From contig NW_027117347.1 of NCBI RefSeq assembly GCF_038025025.1, positions 1,736,001-1,800,000 of the forward strand: a stretch of DNA of 64,000 nucleotides. Reading direction: 5' to 3'. The DNA is from Phyllosticta citribraziliensis. Lineage: Eukaryota. Below the pieces are notes generated by a model. It was not told the origin of the DNA, did no database searches, and saw only the letters and a program-made list of their open reading frames with translations. This document shows positions 1-11,791 of the stretch, one piece after another. The translations under genes were made by a program, and so were the position numbers. How positions within the stretch are numbered: position 1 is the stretch's first letter; the number at the start of each line of letters is the position of its first letter.

Positions 1-5
1 ACGGT

Positions 6-905
6 TTGATGATATGTGAGAACATCAAAAGCGAAATGAAAGAAGAAGGTGGAATCGAGAGAGTCCATTCTGTGTTCGCTCTCCAGCAATGCCAAGCAAT
101 GATTGCAAGGGTAATCAGAGGCTTGGAGGGTGTGACGACGCTTGGACTGGTTTTCAAGACTGCACCCGTCTTCTTCATCCCTCCCGAATTCTTGCGCGAG
201 CCACACATGTACCAAGACATGATCGTGGGCAGGTTGCTTCCCAGGATCGAAAAGCCGTTGATGGTCCGCGTTTACGACCCTCCCATGCGTTGGGGATTTT
301 CCTGGACGGGAACCCACGCCTCCGCCATGTCCTACGAGACGTTGACGCCATCCACGCAGCTTGTGCGCAATTGCCCAAGTCCCGAAGACGAGACTTGGTT
401 CGCGAACATGGGTTGGTTCTTCCTTCTCGCCGGTCACCAGCTAAAGTCTCTCCATTTACACAACGTCATTGTGCCACTGCAGGTGGTTGAGGAAGTGCTC
501 GAGGACGTGAAGAATTTGGAAGTCTTGTCGATTACTGAGAGCATTCTTCTAGAAGATGCTCCAATTTATCCTCCGGCGTTGATCGACCCAGGCAGCAAGC
601 TCCAGAAGAGCCTTCGCGAGCTGTCCCTTCGTTTCTGCAGCGGAGCCACCCACCCTTTGCCCCGCCTATTCAAAGCTTTCCGAGAGGGCGGCAGGCTGGA
701 ACGCTTCCAATTCGAGCAGATTGAAGGCATCTGGTTTGACTGGGACAAGACCGGCACTTTTGACGACGGCTCGTCGGTGCCGGCAATGATTGAAAAGATT
801 GGTATGAAGAAGACGCTGGAGAGGATGGAGCAGTCCTGTTGTTGGGGCATGACGCCGCGCCATCCCCGCCTGGCAGAATTGTTTCCCCCCAACATCGATG
901 CCTGA
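6..905 (+). CDS. F-box/LRR-like family paralog 1 (probably 5'-truncated by the window edge)
   Basis: Aligns by eye to the ORFs at 2320-3198 and 4193-5413: GFSWTG, LKSLHL, LEVLSITES, LRELSLRFC, FDWDKTGTFDDG, MEQSCC. The F-box seen in the siblings is missing, so the start is likely upstream of base 1. Confidence 0.65.
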   Translation: MMICENIKSEMKEEGGIERVHSVFALQQCQAMIARVIRGLEGVTTLGLVFKTAPVFFIPPEFLREPHMYQDMIVGRLLPRIEKPLMVRVYDPPMRWGFSWTGTHASAMSYETLTPSTQLVRNCPSPEDETWFANMGWFFLLAGHQLKSLHLHNVIVPLQVVEEVLEDVKNLEVLSITESILLEDAPIYPPALIDPGSKLQKSLRELSLRFCSGATHPLPRLFKAFREGGRLERFQFEQIEGIWFDWDKTGTFDDGSSVPAMIEKIGMKKTLERMEQSCCWGMTPRHPRLAELFPPNIDA

Positions 906-1863
906 GCCTTGGCTCATTCTGGAACTCACCAGTTGGTCCCTAGTCTTCTTTCAGTCGAGCCGACGAAGATACTCGGATTTGCACCTCTTTTTGTCTGCAT
1001 TGCTCGTTCAGGAATGCTCCCTGATCACTGCTCACCACGTCTGGGTCAACGGTTCTACCAAATTGCTGGATTCGTGCATGCCTCGCAGCTCCGCTCTGTC
1101 GCTCCTTAGTATATTCATGGCTCGATTCATGCTTGGACAATGGCTTGACTTGCGAGTACGGTGGCTAGGCTTTGTCTGGCGTTAGAATGACAGGATTGCC
1201 TAGGTAGAAATAGGAAAATACTTCTATACAGCGTTGTCATTGAGCTCAACACCACTCCAGTGGCTGCTTTCTCCTTCAATCTGATTGATAGTGTCACACC
1301 GGAGGTGCAGCAGAGAGGACAGTCATAGCTCGTCGGTAGATTTTGAACTCTCCCCTGTGGCGCATCTTCACATGTGTTCGTCGCTTAGGCCTGGATGCGA
1401 TTGGTACGTTTGGTTGGAGTTGCTGGTGAGTTCCGACGTTGGCGTTGATACAGAGACATGTATAGCTTGTGAGTCAGCATGGTCCCAAGAATAGGATGAC
1501 TCTGTCCAGTTGAGAGATGCGGACGTACCGCCAGGCGGTGAGACAGGTAGTTTCCCGCTCAGCCAGTTCGCTGTGGACTGGGAAGTGCCAAACTCTAATT
1601 CCGCGCTGATCCCAGCGGAGTTCGTGATGGGAACAGTGTGAAACTGCTGTGCTCCCCGCTCACCACCTTCGCCTCCATTCGCCTCGAGGGTCCCTCCGAA
1701 TTGAATTCTTCAACCCACAGGAACCTCCATACCTGTTCGAAGAATAAGAAACAGAGGCCAGTCCTTCTGCTGCTCTTCCAAATGCTGTCACCACTTTGAG
1801 GTCCGAGCATTCAACATATCCTTCGAAAACGAGCTCCACGAACGATAGTCGGCTGCAAACCAC

Positions 1864-3198
1864 ATGTCCAATTCTGAACCTCCTGATCCGCGGCCAGCGG
1901 CAAGTGGTCCACCATCTGTCGCTACCATGGGGACCCGATTCATTCACAATCTCGCGACTGATGGAAATGGATTGTCGTCTACCCTTTCGCCAATCGAAAG
2001 TCTGCCGGCAGAGGTGGCCAGCTCGATCGGAAGCCATCTGGAACCTGAAGATCAGAAGTCACTACGTCTAACGTGCAAAACCATGGCCGGATACTTGGAA
2101 TTCAATCTGAAAGAGCAGTTCAAGGCCATCAAATGTCTTCTTGTGCCCGCCGAAATCCAGGCGCTTTCCAGGTTCAAGAAGAAGCGGGTGGCCAGTGGGG
2201 TCAATTCTTTGACTTTAATCAAACCTGTGTCGACTGCATGGTTCATGGCAGATCAGAGTCGATTGGGGCGAGATTTTTCCTAATCCCTTTTCGCAGAATC
2301 AATCTCAGGTTTTCCGAATTTGTCCGCGATAGCACTTATGTGCAGCAAAAACCGGCGCGAACCTCACAACCCAAGTGGAGATGACGTTGAGTTTTGGGCT
2401 GAGGCCATCCGGCAGATCAAGAGGCCTTTGAAAGCTTACATCTATTCTCAAAAGGGTGCCTGCGGTGTAAAGTGGACCGGGAGCTACGAAACCTCCGACA
2501 AACTTCTCTTCAGTACATTTTCTTCTCGCGAGGTTATGATCGGATGCCAGGATCTTTATTGCAAAAAGCGCTGGTTTTCGAGTGCTTTCACAAAAATGCT
2601 GCAAATCCAGCCAAGGATTCTCGGACGCGGGCTGAAGTCTTTGGATCTCTCCAGCACAAGTGTGTCTACGGAAGACATTCGCCGCTTTTGCAGTTCAACT
2701 TCCGCCTTGGAGGCGCTCTCGATTGTGGAGAGTGACATTGCCTGCTCTCACTTCTGGGTGCCCAATGGCTGTCAATCCTCGATGATCCGCTCACTGAGAA
2801 TTGTGTCCTGCAAAATTCGCTACCACCGGAGAAGGTTTGACCACACAGACGTGCAAATATTCTTCTCGGGTCTTAAAGAGTATGGAAAATTAAAGAGCCT
2901 CCAATTCGAAAAAGTTGGTGACATCGTCTTTGACTGGGACTATAATGGTTCCGAGGATGATGGTGGACGTCTGCGGTCAATCGTTGAACGGTTCGGCATT
3001 ACATGTGCCTTAAACAAAATGATACAATGCTGTGGAGTCCGCGATTCAGAACCACTACCACGGTATCCGAGAACATACGCGTATCAGCCCACAAGGGATA
3101 TCATCCGGTGCTGCACTTGCCACTGCGGAAGACTTTGCGGTTTGGAACCCAAAGACGTAGTTTTGGGTGATTGTCCGAATTTTCCAATCGTATTGTAG
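1864..3198 (+). pseudogene. F-box/LRR-like family paralog 2 with in-frame TAA at 2281-2283 (probable nonsense allele or pseudogene)
   Basis: ORFs 1864-2283 and 2320-3198 are in the same frame and separated by one stop. F-box-like IESLPAEVASSIGSHLEPEDQKSLRLTCK at the N-terminus. Homology to the siblings continues straight through the stop. An intron ending at the CAG at 2294-2296 cannot be fully excluded. Confidence 0.6.
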
Positions 3199-4192
3199 TT
3201 GCCCTCGTTCAATCTACGTAATTTTCAGGTATCAAAGTCGGGATGTCATCTGTCTTTTTTTCCCGTCGTCGGTTGAATTGGACCACCTCGGGGCTTTGAG
3301 TGCAGTGCTCTTGGCAAATAAATTGCGCAAAACGATTCAGGAAGAACAAATTGTTAAGGGAACTTACCTGAGCATTGGAGGGGTCTCAAAAATTGAACAG
3401 GGTTTGAGCGAAGACTATTCGTTGCGTACTCTCCTAATAGCGTATTCTGGGGAGGTGAGTAGGTGTCAGCACTCCTTGATCAACTCATGCTTCCAATCAT
3501 TCTCTCTTATGGGATTTGATCATCCAAATGTCCCAACCCTGCGACAAAACTTGACTTGGTGACACGAGAGCGCGGTTCCAATGCGTGTGCGACTTGCCTG
3601 TGCGGGATCCTGGGCGGCATTTGCAGTTCCGCGAAATATCCCGGCCGGTCAACTCTAGGAGCCAATGGATGAGCCTACACAATCCGTCCCCTCATGACAA
3701 CGGGAGAACGGGCCGACGCTGTGTGGCGATCAAATTCGAACTCCTCAGACTGCGTCGCGCAACGCGGTTCGAAAGACGCGTCAAGACGCGACGCAAACAA
3801 GGAGCCCCAGTCGTCCCAGCCGCCCTCTCGAACCTCTCCTCCAGGGAACCTACCTGCAAGCCCAGTTGACGAGCTGACCCTTTCACGATCTGAAGAAGAC
3901 GACTAAGAAAAATTGTTGCAGAGAAGTGCCGGTGCGTCGAGTTTTTTCCCGGCTGCGATCGAAATTTTTCAGTCTCCCCGCCACCCTGTCACGATGCCCT
4001 TGCTTTGCTTCGGACGCGGGACGTTGGGACGAAAGACGGAAGATTTCGCAACTTTACCTCAACCTTCGACTGACGCGTTTCCCAGTTCGGAACGGCAAAG
4101 CCAGCATTTCGTGCCGTCTTGACCCATTAGAAGAAGCGGTCTTGCGATTGATGGTCACCAGCGCCTTTCACCACCCACTCCCAAACACCATC

Positions 4193-5413
4193 ATGCCTCC
4201 CACGAAGAAGTTCTCGAAATTCGAAACTCTCGCGGACAAGCTGGTGAATGCGGTCGCTCAATACCTGGACAATGGCGACACGATGGAGCTGCGCACTACG
4301 AGCAAGACGATGCGGGACCACCTCAACTCCAACGCCAAACTGCAGGCCTGTTTCAGGGATCTCGAATGCCCTTTCACATCGATCGAGCTGCTGGACCTGC
4401 ACAAGTTCATGAAAACGCCGCTGGCCTCGGCGGTCGTGAGCCTCAAGCTTTTCAAAACAGACGACACAGATGATTTGGACCGTTTCGTGGCATTTGACGG
4501 ATTGACGCCTGGTGTGACACAACGAGGGGGCGCGTTGGTCATCGAAAACCCAGCACAGGTGCGGAAGCACCTCAAAGAGCGGCCGCAGCGGATGTTCGCC
4601 GAGCTCGTCAACGACCTGCCAAATCTGAAGACCGTCTGCTTTGTCTGCGGCGAGGATCTGGCGCAGGCTCGAGCAGGCTCTCTGCGCGACCCCGAACCGG
4701 AAGACTTTGAGTTCCTGGCCGACGCGCTGCGCAGGACGACGCGGACGCTGAATATCGACGTGTGCTATGAGAAAGGTGCGGTCGGTCTGGAGTGGTCGGG
4801 ACAGGAGCGAGCGACGCACGAGTTGTGGTTCGAGGGCTACTCTAGCGGATCGCTGCTGCACCCGGTCACCAAGACTTGTATCGAGCGACCGCGGGAGCCT
4901 GAAGATTTTTTCGTGGTCGATACAACGTATACGTTGCCGGTGCTGGGTGGCCACGCCTTGCAAAGCCTCAGTCTCCACCGCACCGTGCTGTCTCTGGCGG
5001 ATCTCCGCGCCCTGACCGACGCGCGCAGCGTGAATGGACCCCTTCAGAACCTCATCATCACGCAAAGCGAGATCTATGCTGGCCGCGAAGGCGAGGAGCA
5101 CCGCTTCTTCACACACAAAAAGAGCCCGCTCAAGACGTCGATACGCAATCTAGGACTTATCCGATGCCTCACTCTGTCTGTGCCGTGGCTGAAGGTCTTC
5201 AAGGCCTTGCGCAAGTACACCCAACTGGAGAGATTACTGTTTGAGAAAATTGTCGTGCCATCTGGAGTGGTGCAATTCGATTGGGACGGCGACGGTGTTT
5301 TGGATGACGGAAGCCGGTTGCCGTCGATCCAGGAGCCGATGGATATGAACGCTACGCTCAACAAAATGATCCAGTGCTGCAAGATTCCCAGTTCCGGGTC
5401 TCTGGAGGCGTAG
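4193..5413 (+). CDS. F-box/LRR-like family paralog 3
   Basis: Intronless ORF. F-box-like FETLADKLVNAVAQYLDNGDTMELRTTSK, LxxLxL repeats (LPNLKTV, LQSLSL, LQNLII, IRNLGL), FDWDGDGVLDDG and LNKMIQCC. Start ATG 4193 (alternative 4151). Confidence 0.7.
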   Translation: MPPTKKFSKFETLADKLVNAVAQYLDNGDTMELRTTSKTMRDHLNSNAKLQACFRDLECPFTSIELLDLHKFMKTPLASAVVSLKLFKTDDTDDLDRFVAFDGLTPGVTQRGGALVIENPAQVRKHLKERPQRMFAELVNDLPNLKTVCFVCGEDLAQARAGSLRDPEPEDFEFLADALRRTTRTLNIDVCYEKGAVGLEWSGQERATHELWFEGYSSGSLLHPVTKTCIERPREPEDFFVVDTTYTLPVLGGHALQSLSLHRTVLSLADLRALTDARSVNGPLQNLIITQSEIYAGREGEEHRFFTHKKSPLKTSIRNLGLIRCLTLSVPWLKVFKALRKYTQLERLLFEKIVVPSGVVQFDWDGDGVLDDGSRLPSIQEPMDMNATLNKMIQCCKIPSSGSLEA

Positions 5414-6348
5414 AATCCCTGATTTGGTCGTCCTGGCTCATTCGTGGACCGGAAAACCGACTCCAACGGCCCATTCAACTTCTTCTTGCTGTCCTTGCGT
5501 CCCCTATCGTTGCACAAGCTTCCAAATCTTTCTTTTGGAGTCCGGAATATGTTTCAACACTGTCTGTACCTATTAGTCTACGTCACAAAAGCTCAAAGAC
5601 GCACCCCATGGAGCCTCCGTTGTGACTTGGTCGAATCGCTCGCTCGTCATCTCCAGGTTGCCGTGTGGACTTGCTTCTTTTTCGCGACAGTCCGCCTGAG
5701 TGCCATCCTGGTGCCAAATACCGAGCAGCTGTCATGGAATAGCGCTGCGTGTTATTGAGTGAGTGGTGCCGAACCTGAAGATATGGATTGGATCGACAAA
5801 CATGGTGATGGGGCACGTGCATACGCTAGACTAACTATGGACTAGCGCCTGGCTGTTTGACGACCGACTCTACTGCCTCCAGGTCCTTGACACTCTCCTT
5901 CATCAACAATTCGTGCTCGCACCTCGCAGCCTGGACTGGACGACTGCAGCCGGTCAATGCCAAGCTTCCTTCCACCGGGAATGCTCTGACCCGCACCCGT
6001 ACTCGAACGGCGCGTCAGTCGACGGATTTTAGAACGCCCCATCAGCCCAACAACACCTGCACGTATACATCATCAAGATGCAATCTGGCACCCAGGCTAG
6101 CGGTAACACCACCAAAAGAATGCACCACGACCCCCGCAGCCCCCAAGGACGTTAACCTCGGGGCGACCATTTTCCCCGCCTGCATGCACGCTATGCAGGG
6201 GAACCGAGCCGCTGGCGCTACTCGTTGATTGGTTTGCGCCTATATCAATCTTTCTGGATTGGGCAAGAGTCCGGTTCCCCAACGGTTGCTGTGCGTGGTG
6301 TGGCAATAGTTAGGGGACGTCATCGGATACCGGCACGGCGAATCGCAA

Positions 6349-6369
6349 TGGTGGTGGTGGTGGTGGTGG
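6349..6369. repeat. (TGG)7 microsatellite
   Basis: Read directly; upstream of the monooxygenase. Confidence 0.9.
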
Positions 6370-6661
6370 TTGCGTAGGCTGTGGACGCGGATCTGTCGAA
6401 TACCCGGCCAGCAGCTGGACGGAGCCCTTGTGCGCCGTGATGTGTTCACGCGGAGCAGTGCTGGCATTGAGGAGATTTTGGTGCCGAATGGGGCTACACA
6501 GCGGCCGACTTGCCTCGGCCGTGCTGTCGGGAGTGGTGCATTGCCAATCGTCTCTGGTTTGAGAGTGGCTGCTCCTTGCTCTATATCTTGGGAACACTGC
6601 TCATTTTCACTTGTTCTCCATTCTTTCTTCTCACTGCCAGTAGTCGGACAAGCAAGCAAGC

Positions 6662-8854
6662 ATGGCGCCAGACATCAACGCCGTCGCGTCCGAGTGGATC
6701 AAGGATGGCCGCTGGGACTACTCGACACCCGGCTCGACGGGCTACTCGGTCCCTGACATCACGTACGACGACCCGGCGGCGCGGCCCCTTAAGGTCATTT
6801 GCATCGGCGCTGGCTTTTCGGGCATCTTGAACGCGTACAAGATCCAGAAGCACTGCCAGAGCGTCGAGTTCAAGATTTACGAGAAGAATGAAGATATTGG
6901 AGGTACGTGGTTGGAGAACAGGTATCCAGGGTGTGCGTGCGATATCCCGAGCCATGCTTACACGTACAAGTGAGTATTTCTACTGTGGCATGGAAGGGGT
7001 TCGACTGATTGGAGTGAAGCTTCGCGCTCAATCCTGACTGGCCCAAGTTCTTCTCCTCGGCGTCCGATATCTGGGCGTATCTGAACAAGGTCTGCGAGGT
7101 CTTTGACCTGCGCAAATACATGACCTTCTCGACGCACGTCAACGGCGCTACCTGGGACGAAGATAGTGGGCAATGGCACCTCCGCATGCGCCGCCGCGTA
7201 GGCGACTCGACTGAGGAATTCACCGACTCCTGCCACCTTTTGCTGTACGCCACGGGCATCCTCAATGCGCCAAAGCACCCCGAAATCCCCGGGCTGGACT
7301 CGTTCCGCGGGCCCGTCGTCCACACGGCCGAGTGGCCGCGCGACTACGACGCGCCGCAATGGAAAGACCAGCGCATCGCCATCATCGGGTCGGGAGCGAG
7401 CTCGATCCAGACGCTGCCGACGATGCAGCCGCACGCCGGGCACGTCGACGTCTACGTGCGGACGGGGGTGTGGTTTGTCGACCTCAGCTCAGCGTTCCAC
7501 GGGCGGACGGACTACGCTGACGACGAGAAGCGCGACTTTCGACGTCAGCCGGACGCGCTGGTTGCGCACGCCAAGCAGATTGAGCACGACGTCAACAACC
7601 TGTGGCCGCTCATGTACGCCGACAGCGAGGCGCAGGGCGCGGCGCAGGCGGCGCTGAAGCAGCGCATGCGCGAGCACATTGGTGACGAGCGCCTGCTCGC
7701 GGGCTTCACGCCCACATTTGACGTTGGATGTCGCCGCGTCACGCCTGGCGATGCGTACATGGCGGCCATCACCAAGCCCAATGTCGACGTGCATTTTGCC
7801 GCCGTCGAGCGCGTCACCCCGACCGACGTGGTCGATAGCAAGGGCGTGGAGAGGGCTGCCGACACCATTGTCGCTGCCACGGGCTTTGATGTCAGCTACC
7901 GCCCGCGCTTCCCCGTCGTTGGACGCGACGGGAGGGAGTTGGGCGAATACTGGAGACGGTGGCCGGAAAGCTACTTGGGGCTCGGCGTGCCGGGTTTGCC
8001 CAACTTTGTCATGTTCGTTGGACCGACGTGGTTGGTCTCCCTTCCCCTCCCCCCTTTTCCCCTACATCACAATACATTGCAACACCTAGGTACTGATGAC
8101 AGCGTGCCGCACACAGGCCCGTCGAGTCCGGCAGCGTGGCTGGCCCGCTAGGCTCCGTAGCCGACTACACGATCCAGGTGATCAAGAAGATGCAGCGCGA
8201 CCACATCAAGGCGTGGGCGCCCAAGCAGGACGTGACGGACGCCTTCAACGCGCACGCGCAGGAGTGGTACAAGCACACGGTGTGGAAGAGCGGCTGCCGC
8301 AGCTGGTACCGCGATAACGTCACGGGCCGCGTCAACGCTGTGTGGCCGGGCAGTTCGTTGCATTATAGTGAGTTTTGCCTCCTCTTCTCTTCTCTTCTCT
8401 TCCTTGCTCTCCTTTCCTTTTCTTCTACTTTCTTCTTTTGGACGCAAATGTGGTCGGGCTAACGGCGTTGCGTACAGTGCAAACAATCGCCTCCCCCCGC
8501 TGGGAAGACTTCGACATCGCTTACCACTTCGCCAACCCCTGGGCGCACCTCGGCATGGGCTGGAACCGCGAGTTCAAGACCAGCCCCATCGGCGACCTGG
8601 CGCCGTACCTGCGGCTTGACGCGCTCGACCCGGCGTGGGTGCGCGCCGTCGGCATCGACGCGGAAGAGGTCAAGAAGGGCGTTCGGGAGTTGAGAGAGCG
8701 GGAGGGCGTGGCTGGGTATGAGGGCAGCGTGTTGGAGGGAGGGGAGAAGAGGGCCGGCGAGAGTGAGAGGCGGCAGGGTGAGGAGGGCGTTGCGAGGGGC
8801 GTTGCGGGGGTTGAGGAGGACGGGGCCAGGGCGGATGTGCAGGTTGGCGCGTAG
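6662..8854 (+). CDS. Type I Baeyer-Villiger / flavin-containing monooxygenase (StcW/MoxY-like)
   Basis: GAGFSG FAD motif, [16 protein letters not shown] fingerprint [25 protein letters not shown] motif, ATGFD. Introns at 6970-7019, about 8031-8116 and about 8369-8478. Confidence 0.9.
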
Positions 8855-9469
8855 GTGCTGCAGTGGTGAGTGCTGAGATGAGGACGCATTGGCATTCGAG
8901 CATTTGTACGTATTCAGCATCAGCATGTCCCTGCGTCCTAATTGAAGATTTCCATTTCCCTTCGCCGCATTCCCCAAGATCCGAATTTGTATGTACATGT
9001 GCGTGTGCGTGTATATATACCCACAGACTCACCCTCTTTCCCATCATCTCCCCACCTTCGGACTCGACTACCTGGCGAAACTGGATCGCCAGCTGACTTT
9101 TCTTTTGCACCTTTTGGCACTACCTGGAAGTGGTTCTGCGTTCGAGCCGCTGGATGCGCGAGCGGTTCTTTTGCGTTAATTTTGCGTTCTGCCCTGCCCT
9201 GAATGCTCCCAGGCAGACCACCGGGTGTTGGTGTGTAGGAATGCTCCAAGCGCGCGTGTTCACGGGGAGTTTGTTTATGGTTGGTTTGGATGTGAGGGCA
9301 TTTCCCGATTGGGACGTCGCTGCCTCGTCTGCCTCTCGTCACACTTCAGTCGGCCGCTCAACCTCAACCTTCCACCCACTTTGTCTTTACACCGCACACA
9401 TTTCTCTCCATTTCCAGAGATGGCGTTCTCGAATTGATCCTCTGCCGTTCTTCTTTCAGTGTCGCTTGC

Positions 9470-11294
9470 ATGTCTACGTCTCCAACGCACCCTCTGAACC
9501 TGCCGCCACCCGTCACCTCACTTTTGCAGAGCTCCCGCCCCAACTCCTCCGGACAGAAAACATGGAACCAACCAACACGGGCCAAATCAGCGACTCCCAG
9601 GTCGAGTGCGGCAGCTCGACCTCCGCCCGTTGCGTTTCTCCCGTGCTAAACAACGCCAAACAGGTCCTTCATTCCCTTCCTCACTGACGTTGCGCCCACG
9701 TTCAAAGCCGTCCGCAACACGCTTTTGCGCCGCAGCCCGACGTTTGCGGCCCTGAAGTACGTCGAAGGAAGGAGTATTGTTCAGCAGGTCGTCGCACGAT
9801 TGCACAGTCGGAAGAGGGACAGACTCAAAGCTGCTGTCGCGCAGAAGCAGAATGCGAGGGCTGATGGACCAAGTTCGGGCCCTGTTTTGAGGCTCAGAGG
9901 AGGAGAGGTATACCATGTGGATCCGAAGGACGAGGAGCGGTCGCAATTGGGGCATCAGGAGGTGGGATCGGCGGCTGAGGGCGAGTGGCCTGGTGAGCTG
10001 ACTCCGGAGGACGTGCAGTGGGTATGTTCGTCAAAGTGCTTTGACCGAATCGATGCTAATATTTCAGGATACACACCACGCATATGATCACCCTGTCCCT
10101 TTCGTTGGCTGTCCTTGCAGCTGGAATGTCAGTGCCGGGTGGTACGGCCTCTATCGAGACATTGGCAGAAACGTCAACAAGCCGCATCCTGGTCATCCGG
10201 AAGAAGGAGAACGCGCTCCATCGCTGCAACAGCCTGCATTCAGCAGGGAAAGATCCGATTACATGCGTTTGTTTGCCCGCTTAGATCACGGCTGGGACGA
10301 TGTTCCAGAACTTCCTGTCCAAGAGGTCTCCAAAAGGCTCTACGATCTCAACATTGGCCCGGCCTTTTACCACGAGACGATTCTGAATTGTCTGTCTGTC
10401 GTGGCTCAGGGCTTCTTGGAATCGTCACCTTTGCTGCGGATTGCGATGCCTGTCATGGCAGAATTCGGGCTGGATTGGGCCTTTTCAATGGTTCCTCTCA
10501 ACACCGCCATCCTTCTACAATCGACCGATGGTCGCGTCAAGATTGTCCCATGTGTCTTTCGGCTGATGGGTTCGTGGGACGCAGGTATTCCGTACACCAG
10601 ATATGTCGGAGATGGTTGGCAGAAGAACAAAGTCTTTCACGGCTGGACATATGGCGAGAACTACCCGCCAGGCCGAAATCAAGATGCGTACGAAGAAATG
10701 GTCAGAAGAGTCCGCCAGAAATTCCTCAGCGTACCTTGTCTCTCGATCCGCGACGCCGTCATGATTGGCGTCCGCAAGCCCGGCAGTCCAGGCTGGAGCC
10801 CCCGTCGCTACGCCGACGTGTGGAAGGTCTGCTGGAACTCGTCCCCCAGCTCCTCGGCATACGAGCCCTTGAAACGACGCCGTGAGATGGAAACGAACCA
10901 CTCCGAGCTCTTCTCTTCCGTCTCGAAGCTGGTCGACCGCTTGTTCGACGTCGCGGCCGACTTTCGCCTCCTCTTCACTAACCTCGCGACACTTCGCCCG
11001 TTCCAAGTCATCCGCGTCGATGACTTCGAACTGTCACTGCCGCGCATCCTCCCGCCGCTTTTGCGTGATACGGTCGATGGTCAGCCCCGCTGCCGCATGT
11101 TTGACGATTGCAACGTCCCGAGGCTTCCTGGCTCCAGCTATTGCATGTACCACAGCAAGCGGTCGCGTCAGCGACGTGGTGAGAATGGCATCAGCTATCA
11201 TGTTGAGTATGTGCAGAGGAATGGCGCTGATGCGGGGCGTGATGTCAAGGCTGAGAGTGACAGTCACGCTGCCGGGGATAACGTGGGTCGTTGA
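9470..11294 (+). CDS. Hypothetical protein with C-terminal Cys3-His motif
   Basis: Intron 10022-10067 (GTATGT..GCTAAT..TTCAG) joins ORF 9725-10087 to ORF 10041-11294 in frame. The first exon (ATG 9470, intron 9601-9663) is tentative. CRMFDDC-x10-CMYH lies near the C-terminus. Confidence 0.5.
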
Positions 11295-11791
11295 GAGAAG
11301 ATGGGGGTTGTCGCTGGTCTGTTTTTCGTTGTTGCTTGATTGTCTGAACTGAGTTTGTGGTTTGCCTGTATGCTTCTTTCTCTGACTTACTACGACACGA
11401 CTTTCGTTGTTTTGCTATTCCAGACTGTTCGAGCAGGGGTGTGTTCATGAGATGGAAAAACTGTGAGCAGGATCATATGCTTCGCCGGAAAACATACTTG
11501 GCAGCAGCTAGGCGCGCATGGCAAACGAGAACGCCGGATTGTACGCGTATTTGTATGTGTATCGTGTATTATGGGTATCTATCTCTAAGCAAACGCTTCC
11601 GCTCTAAAAGCTGGATTGATTAAATGACTGTAGTGTATCTCCCTCGTCTGATTTCTCTTCTAGTCTCATCGTCTCCTCTCCGTGGATGGCAGGTTTGGAG
11701 TCTTGCCGGGCCAGTTTTGTTCCTTACTTACCTGCCCCTGAAAAACGCCGTCCGCCGTCCTCAAACAAACGATTCCTCTATCTATCTCGGC

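Noticed and set aside
4127..5116. 329-aa minus-strand ORF
   Set aside because: Antisense to F-box paralog 3, which is supported by homology to its neighbours.
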